From Calditrichota bacterium (GTDB lineage: Bacteria; Electryoneota; B3-LCP), in NCBI GenBank assembly GCA_020051775.1, contig JAGVQJ010000048.1, positions 2,556 to 66,555 of the forward strand: a stretch of DNA of 64,000 nt, in the 5' to 3' direction. The position numbers and the translations under genes were made by a program. Under the pieces are notes generated by a model. The model ran no database searches and was not told the origin of the DNA. It worked only from the letters and a program-made list of their open reading frames with translations. Of this stretch, positions 38,490 to 46,007 are shown piece after piece (positions within the stretch are counted from its first letter, which is position 1; every line of letters starts with the position of its first letter).

Positions 38490-39569
38490 TTAAGGATTCA
38501 GTTCGTCGCCTTCATCCTTGTTGTGGCACTTGTTGCAGAGCGAGCGCTGATCGGCGCCTGACCCAGCGTACGGATTGGGCATAGCCCAAGAGCCGGATTC
38601 CACGCCTTCTTCAGACCACACGGTAATTTTGAAGTCCCAACGGCCAATGTCCGGGCCGGTGGTAGCGTGTGCACGGTGGCAAGTCAAGCACATGACTTTG
38701 GAATTGGCGGTCGGGCCGCCAGCCGAGGTGATGGTCATGGCCGGATCTTCGAAGGGAACCATAGCCAGATAAGAGGCCGTGGGGTCGCCGCCGTTTTGAT
38801 TGGCCGTACCAGCGTAGATGCCATAACGGGTGGCTTCTTCACCAGTCAGAGTAGATCCACTGGGGTGCAAGTTGTGTGTGGAGTTATGGAAATCCGCATG
38901 GCAATTGGAGCACCATTCGGACATACCGCCCTGATAAGCGGTGTGGTTGGCGTTGGATTCGGCTGAAGAGGTGCTGATGCCGGCAGCTTCCGGAGCCGGG
39001 TTGGTGAAGGTATACAGACCGTCCTGGATGGGACCGGTGGTGTTCAACAGGCGCATGTGTTCATTGCCATGCGGGTCGTGGCAACTGGTGCAGCCCAAGA
39101 TGGAGGACGGGAAACTGCCGCCGGGGCCCATGGTGAAAGTGGGGTCAGCCGCCAGATTTTTACTCGGAGCAACGATGCTGTGACCGCCTTTGTAACCGGG
39201 GATGAAATTGGCGGTAAGGTGGCCGTTGTGGCCGTCATTCAGGTTATCTTCCAACAAGAATACGAAATCGCCGGCGCCCTGTTCGGACTGGGGAGCCAAC
39301 ATGTTGGCAGACAGAACATAGCGGCCATTGGATGTTGTCCCTGTCTGCGTATGGCAAGACAGACAGACATCGCTGGGGGTTTCATCCTTCAACAGCCAGG
39401 AGTTTCCATTGGGGGCATTGGGATCAACCGGCTGACCATCTTGGCTGTTGTGCATCGTGTGGCATCCGCCACAATAAGCCACACCGCCATCGTGGAAGGC
39501 AAGAGCAATACCGCTTAATGATAAAGCCACGGCAATGCTCAGGGTACCGACTAGTAATGCTTTACGCAT
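38490..39569 (-). CDS. omcS: OmcS-like hexaheme cytochrome c (nanowire subunit candidate)
   Basis: Signal peptide ALA|FHDGGVAYCGGCHTMHNS; six CXXCH; GAGDF, GHSIVA, CTSCHDPHG, GMSEWCSNCH, HPSG, YLAMVPFE, CLTCHRAHA, QRSLCNKCHNKD follow Geobacter OmcS as I recall it. Confidence 0.88.
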   Translation of the reverse strand: MRKALLVGTLSIAVALSLSGIALAFHDGGVAYCGGCHTMHNSQDGQPVDPNAPNGNSWLLKDETPSDVCLSCHTQTGTTSNGRYVLSANMLAPQSEQGAGDFVFLLEDNLNDGHNGHLTANFIPGYKGGHSIVAPSKNLAADPTFTMGPGGSFPSSILGCTSCHDPHGNEHMRLLNTTGPIQDGLYTFTNPAPEAAGISTSSAESNANHTAYQGGMSEWCSNCHADFHNSTHNLHPSGSTLTGEEATRYGIYAGTANQNGGDPTASYLAMVPFEDPAMTITSAGGPTANSKVMCLTCHRAHATTGPDIGRWDFKITVWSEEGVESGSWAMPNPYAGSGADQRSLCNKCHNKDEGDELNP

Positions 39570-39661
39570 GCTTTCCTCCTAAATCTCCATTCATGTTTGA
39601 TCCTCCACAGATCGTTACCCCGGTGCGGTACAAAAGATGCTAACGTGTTGATTTGAAACTG

Positions 39662-40651
39662 CTATTCGTCCACGACGATGGTGCTTTCCATCTGCGATGG
39701 TGCGGATTCGACTTCTGCCGGAAGCTGCAGTACCTGTACCATGTTATTGAATCCTTGCGTCACCCAGACACGGTTTCGAGCATCAACCATAATGTCAATT
39801 GGATGATAAAACCATCCTGGATCTTTGCCCATGCCGCCGAATTCGCCGTTGACTCTACCCGTGCTATCGTAGCTGACTACGGTGTGCCGGTGTTTATCCA
39901 AGACCAGCACGTTGTGGTTTAGGTCAGTTGAAACCGCCAGCGGGAAGGATAATTCGCCGTATCCTGCGCCGGACTGACCGACCACGGTGACCAATGAACC
40001 TTGAGTGTTGTAACAATAAACCGAGCCAAGCATGGGCAAAGGAATGTAAATCAGGTCTCCATCCAGATGGATGGCGCCCAGCATCTGCTCGCGGCGAAGA
40101 TTATCTTTCAAATCCTGGAAAATGGGGAACTCGTTTACGTAATCGCCGGATAAATTGCAGGTTATTATTCGACCACCTAATTCGTCTGTCAAAAACATCC
40201 GATCTTGATCCTTGATCACCAAACTGCCGATGGCCAGAGAATCGGAGTCAGGACCGCCCTGAATCACAAAGGGATATAGATAATCTCCATTATAATCAAA
40301 AACTTGAATAGAAGAACCGTTTACCAACATGCTCAGAATGTACATCCGTCCTTGGTCATCAACGGCAATGTCTATGGGGGACTGCAACTTATCTTGGTTG
40401 GCGAATTCGAAAAGGTAGTTTCCTTGCGAATTTAAGATCACTACGCGGTTGTGGCCGGTATCAAGAAGATAGAACTCACCCGTGCGATGATCCTGACGCA
40501 CTCGCCGGGGCTGGTCTAATTGCAGAGCCGTTTCCTCGGTTCCCAGCGCGAAAATAAACTTTGCCGATATTCTGGTGTAAGCATCCTGCCCCCAGGAAAC
40601 TCCCATAGTGAGAAGCGTTACAAACAGAATAACAAGCGTCTTTCCGGCCAT
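39662..40651 (-). CDS. NHL-repeat beta-propeller protein, first gene of the omcS-like operon
   Basis: PIDIAVDDQGRMYI, FPLAVSTD and HPIDIMVD NHL repeats; signal peptide. Confidence 0.88.
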   Translation of the reverse strand: MAGKTLVILFVTLLTMGVSWGQDAYTRISAKFIFALGTEETALQLDQPRRVRQDHRTGEFYLLDTGHNRVVILNSQGNYLFEFANQDKLQSPIDIAVDDQGRMYILSMLVNGSSIQVFDYNGDYLYPFVIQGGPDSDSLAIGSLVIKDQDRMFLTDELGGRIITCNLSGDYVNEFPIFQDLKDNLRREQMLGAIHLDGDLIYIPLPMLGSVYCYNTQGSLVTVVGQSGAGYGELSFPLAVSTDLNHNVLVLDKHRHTVVSYDSTGRVNGEFGGMGKDPGWFYHPIDIMVDARNRVWVTQGFNNMVQVLQLPAEVESAPSQMESTIVVDE

Positions 40652-40677
40652 TCTCCTCTTGATAAATTCTATTATTT

Positions 40678-41012
40678 TGTGTTATTTTTCACTTAAAGGC
40701 AAATAAATTGGGGATATTCCAGCCTGTCACGGCTCCAGAATATCCCCGGTATTCGGACGCTGTTAGCGTACTGCTCCACAAAACTCGAAAATAATATAAA
40801 CAAAAAATTTCACAAAAGCAAGCGATTTTTTGCACAAATTATTTTCCGGATGTGCAACGGATCACATTTTTCGTTAATTTAGGAACGAACTCTTCTGTAT
40901 AATCGTAATAAATATACAAAAATCCGGCACGTTATACTGTGGTCTACATCACAACAACGACCCTCTATACGAAAAATTTACGAAACATGTTGACTTTGTG
41001 ATATTTTTCATT
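40678..41012. promoter_or_regulatory. Cluster of TGTGA-N6-TCACA-like (CRP/FNR-family or Rex-like) boxes
   Basis: TGTGT-N6-TCACT 40678, AGCGA-N6-GCACA 40821, TGTGC-N6-TCACA 40851, TGTGG-N6-TCACA 40938, TGTGA-N6-TCATT 40997. Confidence 0.55.
40793..40821 (-). promoter_or_regulatory. Promoter of the omcS-like operon, TTGCTT-17-TATATT
   Basis: aagcaa 40816-40821 and aatata 40793-40798 on +. Confidence 0.55.
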
Positions 41013-41018
41013 TATACT
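40990..41018 (+). promoter_or_regulatory. sigma70 promoter TTGACT-17-TATACT for the RHH/hydrogenase genes
   Basis: -35 at 40990-40995, -10 at 41013-41018; a TGTGA box lies in the spacer. Confidence 0.7.
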
Positions 41019-41036
41019 TAAGGTGAGGAGATCATC

Positions 41037-41246
41037 ATGGACAAAGTGACTCTTAAAATTCCACGCCCGTTGTATAACCGCATCAAGCAGGTTATTGAAC
41101 CTTCGGGATTCAGCTCGGTCAATGAATTCGTAGTTTACGTGCTACGGGATCTGGTCGCCCAACTATCCACAGCCGAGCGTGATGAGCTGTCAGCCAATGA
41201 GGTCGAAGCCATTCGCAAACGCTTGAAGAGCATAGGTTACCTGTAA
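41037..41246 (+). CDS. CopG/ribbon-helix-helix transcriptional regulator
   Basis: KVTLKIPRPLY...GFSSVNEFVVYVLR; strong GAGGAG RBS. Confidence 0.8.
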   Translation: MDKVTLKIPRPLYNRIKQVIEPSGFSSVNEFVVYVLRDLVAQLSTAERDELSANEVEAIRKRLKSIGYL

Positions 41247-41363
41247 CACGCTGGGGATTTCCCACCCCAAAAAATTTTTGCCTAAATGGTTCCAATTATA
41301 GGAATATTATAGTACATTCCTATCACGGAATTCTAGGAGTAAGCTGAGAAATAGAGGATAATT

Positions 41364-42395
41364 ATGAAAATACTGAAAATACCCAAAAAGAAGTTAGATC
41401 TGTTCGCTTCGATCCTTCACCAAGGCTGGGAACTCCACGCGCCGGTCGAACAGAATGGAAAATTTGCGTTTAAACCGCTGGATCAATGGGCTCAGGCTCG
41501 TCTCGCTTATAATCGCACCCTTCTGGCTCCCAAAAAGTATTTTCTTCCTCCCCAAGAGGCGATGTTCGAGTATCGGAATCATGAGGGTTACGTTCCTTCC
41601 CGCGAAGGGCTGGATAAGCGGGTCATCCTGTTCGGCGTGCATTCCTGCGACATTTTCGCCATAAACATCCTGGATGAGGTGTTCGCCGGAAAATATCCCG
41701 ATCCTTACTACCAGATCCGTCGTAAAAATACCGCCATCATCGGTGTAGACTGCGTGCCTGATGAATACTGCTTCTGTCGTTCCATGCGGGCTGATTTCGT
41801 GGATAAAGGATTCGATTTGTTCTTCAACGACATCGGCGATTATTATCTAACCGCAGTAGGAACCAGTCTCGGTGATGACCTTGTTCTGGCCACTGCGCAG
41901 CTCTTCGAAGAGATCAACGATAAAGATATCGCCGAATACAAGCACCGCTCGTCCGAAAAGCAAAAGGCCTTCAAACTGGATGTGGAAATTCGCGACCTGC
42001 TGGGGATCTTTGAGCTTGAATACGAAAGCCAGATCTGGGATGAGTTGGGCGACCGCTGCCTTTCTTGTGGGAGCTGCAGCATGGTCTGTCCCACCTGTTA
42101 CTGCTTCGATGTGATGGATCACATCAAACTGGGATCCAAAGAGGGGTCAAGGGTGCGCACCTGGGATTCCTGCCTGTTCCACAGCCATGCGTTGGTCGCC
42201 GGTGGTGAAAATTTCCGCAAGGAAAGATCCAGCCGCATTAAACATCGCTACTATCACAAACAGAGCGGTTTCGTCGCCGAATTCGGGCGCCCAAGTTGCG
42301 TGGGTTGTGGTCGCTGTATCGAAAGTTGCCCGGTGAAGATTGACATAGTCGAGGTGCTAAATCGGTTGCGAGGTGAAGAACATGCCATATCCTGA
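41364..42395 (+). CDS. hydB: Group 3b [NiFe]-hydrogenase (sulfhydrogenase) beta subunit, 4Fe-4S
   Basis: CLSCGSCSMVCPTCYCF and CVGCGRCIESCP ferredoxin motifs; CFC motif; AsrA-like. Confidence 0.88.
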   Translation: MKILKIPKKKLDLFASILHQGWELHAPVEQNGKFAFKPLDQWAQARLAYNRTLLAPKKYFLPPQEAMFEYRNHEGYVPSREGLDKRVILFGVHSCDIFAINILDEVFAGKYPDPYYQIRRKNTAIIGVDCVPDEYCFCRSMRADFVDKGFDLFFNDIGDYYLTAVGTSLGDDLVLATAQLFEEINDKDIAEYKHRSSEKQKAFKLDVEIRDLLGIFELEYESQIWDELGDRCLSCGSCSMVCPTCYCFDVMDHIKLGSKEGSRVRTWDSCLFHSHALVAGGENFRKERSSRIKHRYYHKQSGFVAEFGRPSCVGCGRCIESCPVKIDIVEVLNRLRGEEHAIS

Positions 42396-43254
42396 AGAAC
42401 GACTTATAAATGATCCGGTTCAGACCGACAATCCTTACTGGCCGCAAATGGCTCGGATCGTGCGCATCTACAAGATGGTCCCGGACAACTATGTTTTCAC
42501 TCTGCGCTTTACGGATCAGCGCCGGGCGGAACGATTCAAGCATAAACCAGGGCAGTTTATCATGCTTTCGGTGCCGGGAGCAGGTGAAGCGCCGATTTCG
42601 ATTTCTTCCTCTCCTACAAGGCCGGGAATGCTGGAATTATGCGTTCGCCGCGTCGGAAGGGTAACTGATGCCCTGTATCGCATGCAGACGAACGACCTGG
42701 TTGGCCTACGAGGTCCCTATGGCAATGGCTTTCCTGTTGAGAAGATCGCTGGGAACGACCTACTGATTGTGGCTGGCGGGTTGGGTATGGCCCCGCTGCG
42801 ATCGCTACTATGGTATGTCCTGGATAATCGCGACAGTTTTAAAAAAGTTACGCTGATGTATGGGGCTAAAACTCCCGCTGACATGCTTTACCGCGAGGAG
42901 CTGCAATCGCTGGTGGATCGCACTGACATGCGTTGTTTGTTGATTGTGGATAGGGATCCCACCGGCGCCTGGAAAAATCATGTGGGATTGTTGCCCACAC
43001 TGTTTGACCATGTTGCCCTTGAACCGGCCAATACTTATGCTGCTGTGTGCGGTCCTCCGGTGGTCTACAAGTACATTCTGCAAAAGCTTCTTGGGTTGAA
43101 CTTTTCCAAGGATCGCATTTTAATGTCCTTGGAGCGGCGCATGAAGTGCGGCGTAGGGAAATGCTCACATTGCAGTGTTGGCTACAAATACACATGCATA
43201 CACGGCCCCATTTTCACCTATTGGGATGCCATTAATTTACCAGAGTTAGTATAG
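42382..43254 (+). CDS. hydG: Sulfhydrogenase gamma subunit (FAD/NAD(P)-binding, 2Fe-2S)
   Basis: PGQF, GEAPISISS, RGPYGNGF, AGGLGMAP, CGPP, ERRMKCGVGKCSHC...C; start at ATG 42382. Confidence 0.9.
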   Translation: MPYPEERLINDPVQTDNPYWPQMARIVRIYKMVPDNYVFTLRFTDQRRAERFKHKPGQFIMLSVPGAGEAPISISSSPTRPGMLELCVRRVGRVTDALYRMQTNDLVGLRGPYGNGFPVEKIAGNDLLIVAGGLGMAPLRSLLWYVLDNRDSFKKVTLMYGAKTPADMLYREELQSLVDRTDMRCLLIVDRDPTGAWKNHVGLLPTLFDHVALEPANTYAAVCGPPVVYKYILQKLLGLNFSKDRILMSLERRMKCGVGKCSHCSVGYKYTCIHGPIFTYWDAINLPELV

Positions 43255-43300
43255 TTGTCAGGGTCGAGACGACCTCGACTACAAATTGAGGATAGTGATA

Positions 43301-44056
43301 ATGTCAAAACCTAAAATAGGTATATTCGGGCTTACCGGATGCGCCGGCGACCAGTTGGTCATTCTGAACTGCGAAGACCAGCTCTTGGATCTGGTGGCCG
43401 CTGTAGACATCCGGGATTTCCTCACGGCGACGTCAGCCAATGACACAGAAAGTCGGTTGGATGTGGCCTTCGTGGAAGGCGCCGTATTAAGTAAGCGCGA
43501 TGAGGAAACCTTGAAGAAAATCCGCGAACGTTCCGACGTTTTGGTCGCTTTGGGGACTTGCGCCGTATGGGGCGGCATTCCCGCCTTAGATCGCGGACGG
43601 GATCGCTTGGAACTCCTGCAAACCGTCTACGGGAACAAAGCAGAACAATACGATACAATGCCCACCAAAGCCCTACATGAAGTGGTCAAGGTGGATTTGA
43701 ATATCTCAGGCTGCCCGATTGAAAAGGAGCAATTTCTTTCGAGCGTGGCTGATTTGCTGAATGGCAATCCTCCACTGCTGCCCGATTATGCCGTGTGCGC
43801 CGAATGCAAGTGGAAGGAGAACAACTGCCTATTAATCGAGAAGGGCGAAGTGTGTTGTGGTCCCTTAACCATTGCCGGGTGCAAGGCACGTTGCCCGGAG
43901 TTAAATGTCGCTTGCGCAGGCTGCCGGGGGCCCGCAACAGACGCCAATGTCAAATCAGCAGTGGCTTTATTCCAGGAGAAAGGAATCTCTTTGACTGATG
44001 TAGCCGCCAAGTTCAGAACATTTGCTCCGGTGCAGATTACGGACAAGCCGGAATGA
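43301..44056 (+). CDS. hydD: Group 3b [NiFe]-hydrogenase small (delta) subunit
   Basis: TGCAGD, VEGAV, GTCAVWGG, SGCP, CAECK, CCGP, CAGCRG; start MSKPKIG. Confidence 0.88.
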   Translation: MSKPKIGIFGLTGCAGDQLVILNCEDQLLDLVAAVDIRDFLTATSANDTESRLDVAFVEGAVLSKRDEETLKKIRERSDVLVALGTCAVWGGIPALDRGRDRLELLQTVYGNKAEQYDTMPTKALHEVVKVDLNISGCPIEKEQFLSSVADLLNGNPPLLPDYAVCAECKWKENNCLLIEKGEVCCGPLTIAGCKARCPELNVACAGCRGPATDANVKSAVALFQEKGISLTDVAAKFRTFAPVQITDKPE

Positions 44057-44108
44057 CAGGTTGGTCAGATTCCGGGCAAGCCGGAATGACCCCGTTCACC
44101 GGAATGAC
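44033..44108 (+). repeat. CCGGAATGAC repeat x3 (two 25-bp copies plus a partial copy)
   Basis: cagattacggacaagccggaatgac 44033, cagattccgggcaagccggaatgac 44066, ccggaatgac 44099. Confidence 0.8.
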
Positions 44109-44129
44109 CCCGATTAAATGGAGAAGAGC

Positions 44130-45416
44130 ATGACCAAAACTATAAAAATAGATCATCTGGCCCGAGTTGAAGGGCATGGCGGCATCACTGTAACGCTCGA
44201 AAATGGCAAGGTTGACCAGGTGCATTTCGACATTTTCGAAGGCGCTCGACTGATCGAAGCGCTGGTTGTGGGACGCCCCTGGGCGGACATTCCGCAAATC
44301 GTGTCGCGCATTTGCGCTATCTGCTCGGCAGCGCACAGTTTGACAGCCATCAAGGCCATCGAAAATGCTTTCGATCTGAAAGCGAGTCCGCAGACGCATA
44401 CGCTCAGAGATCTGCTTTATCGAGGTGAAAGCATCGAAAGCCATGCCCTGCACGTCTTCCTGCTGGCGGCGCCGGACTACTTGAACTACCCCAGCGCCAT
44501 TGCTCTGGCTGCGGATATGCCGGAGGCAGTCCAGTTGGGCCTTCGGTTGAAAAAACTGGGTAATACGATACAGGAAGTGATCGGGGGGCGGGCGGTGCAT
44601 CCAGTCAATGCCCTCATCGGCGGGTTCGGCAAAACCCCCTCGTTCGAGCAATTGGTTGCCTTGCGCCGGGACTTGCAGCAGGGCGTGAAAGGCTGCGAAA
44701 GCATGATGGAGGTTTTAGCGACGCTGCCGGCGGCGGATTTTATTCATGCGCCCACCATATATGCAGCGTTGGACACCGCGGGAGAATACGGTTACTATCA
44801 TGGCACTGATATACGTACAACCAGCGGCAAGACCGTTCCGCGCAACGATTATCGCAAATTGACCAACGAACAACCAGTCGCGCATTCTCATGCCAAGCAC
44901 AGCCATTATGACCATCTGCCTTTCATGGTGGGGTCGTTGGCGAGGGTGACATTATTTGGGGATAAACTAAGCGACAAGGCCAAAGCCGCTATGGTGAAAT
45001 TGGCATTGAAGACGCCATCAAATAATCCCATGGATAACAACAAGGCTCAGGCGGTGGAATTGCTGTATGACGTCGAGTATGCCCTTGAGTTGGTGGAAAA
45101 GTTGCTGCGTAACAAGATCAAACCGGAGGCGCCGCTTCCTGTCCTTGTCAAGGCCGGGACCGGCACAGCAGCTTCGGAAGCTCCGCGTGGGATACTCTTC
45201 CACAGTTATACATTCGATAAAACCGGTCATTGCACGGCGGCCGACGTTATCACACCCACGGCGCAGAATTTGGCCTGCGCAGAATACCACTTCCGCGCTA
45301 TGGTGGAACAAAATCCCCAAGCTGAAACGTCGGTGTTGAAGAAACAACTGGAGATGATCGCCCGGGCTTACGATCCTTGCATCTCCTGTTCGGTGCATCT
45401 GGTGGAGAAAAGATGA
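44130..45416 (+). CDS. hydA: Group 3b [NiFe]-hydrogenase large (alpha) subunit
   Basis: ARVEGHG, L1 RICAIC, EAPRG, L2 YDPCISCSVH with a short cleavable tail (LVEKR). Confidence 0.94.
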   Translation: MTKTIKIDHLARVEGHGGITVTLENGKVDQVHFDIFEGARLIEALVVGRPWADIPQIVSRICAICSAAHSLTAIKAIENAFDLKASPQTHTLRDLLYRGESIESHALHVFLLAAPDYLNYPSAIALAADMPEAVQLGLRLKKLGNTIQEVIGGRAVHPVNALIGGFGKTPSFEQLVALRRDLQQGVKGCESMMEVLATLPAADFIHAPTIYAALDTAGEYGYYHGTDIRTTSGKTVPRNDYRKLTNEQPVAHSHAKHSHYDHLPFMVGSLARVTLFGDKLSDKAKAAMVKLALKTPSNNPMDNNKAQAVELLYDVEYALELVEKLLRNKIKPEAPLPVLVKAGTGTAASEAPRGILFHSYTFDKTGHCTAADVITPTAQNLACAEYHFRAMVEQNPQAETSVLKKQLEMIARAYDPCISCSVHLVEKR

Positions 45417-45883
45417 ATTCGACTCTGATCATCGGGTTGGGCAATACCTTGATGGGTGACGAAGGGATCGGCAGTTATATCGCCGAAGCTCTGGCTCTTG
45501 ATCCCCGGTTGCCTTCTCATGCGAAGGTCATTCAGGGAGGTACTGATCTCCTGCGATTGGCCGATAAAATGGAAGGCTATGACCGGATTATCCTGGTTGA
45601 CGCCATGCTTGATCCTGTCAATTCCGGTCGGCTTGAGATCATTGAAGAGGACTTTTCCCGGTTTAAGGATCAACAGGACGGCGCTCATCACCTTTCTGTT
45701 ATACAAGCCGTTGCATTAATGCGCTTGTCTAACCCCGCTTTAAGCCAGACTCATATAACTCTGGCGCTGGTCGGCATCAACAGCGTAAAGCGAACTGGGA
45801 GTCTCTCCCCTGCGTTGCAGATTAAACTTCGGGAACTGGCGAATGAAATCATGGGATTATTCGCGCAGGAGGTGTTTGAGTAG
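45413..45883 (+). CDS. Hydrogenase maturation protease
   Basis: IIGLGNTLMGDEGIG, ILVDA and AHHLS motifs; ATGA overlap with hydA. Confidence 0.92.
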   Translation: MNSTLIIGLGNTLMGDEGIGSYIAEALALDPRLPSHAKVIQGGTDLLRLADKMEGYDRIILVDAMLDPVNSGRLEIIEEDFSRFKDQQDGAHHLSVIQAVALMRLSNPALSQTHITLALVGINSVKRTGSLSPALQIKLRELANEIMGLFAQEVFE

Positions 45884-45950
45884 CCGCAGCCACTGCTTTA
45901 AACATTGACGGAATCGCAGGTTCCCACAGAGTTAACAAATGACATAGATT

Positions 45951-45981
45951 AAAAAATCCGCCCCACGTAAAGGCGGATTTT
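45951..45981. terminator. Bidirectional intrinsic terminator
   Basis: AAAAAATCCGCC-ccacgtaaa-GGCGGATTTT between convergent genes. Confidence 0.75.
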
Positions 45982-46007
45982 ACTTTGCAATATAGTTCGC
46001 GATTTCT

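Noticed and set aside
39570-39661. GEMM-I (c-di-GMP/cGAMP) riboswitch upstream of the omcS-like gene, as in Geobacter
   Set aside because: The short spacer has no recognisable GEMM P1/P2 GAAA-tetraloop/receptor pattern; an Rfam scan would be needed to exclude it fully.
40821-40836. Fourth copy of the YGCAA-N4-TTGCR palindrome at the nanowire promoter
   Set aside because: It is two bases shorter with a broken left arm (GCGATTTTTTGCAC), and fits TGTGC-N6-TCGCT on the minus strand better.
41364-43254. Anaerobic sulfite reductase AsrAB
   Set aside because: They are homologous, but followed by [NiFe] small and large subunits and a maturation protease rather than AsrC, so sulfhydrogenase beta/gamma.
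28141-45990. Genomic island or mobile element carrying the nanowire and hydrogenase genes
   Set aside because: No integrase, transposase, tRNA or flanking direct repeats seen, and composition looks like the rest of the window.
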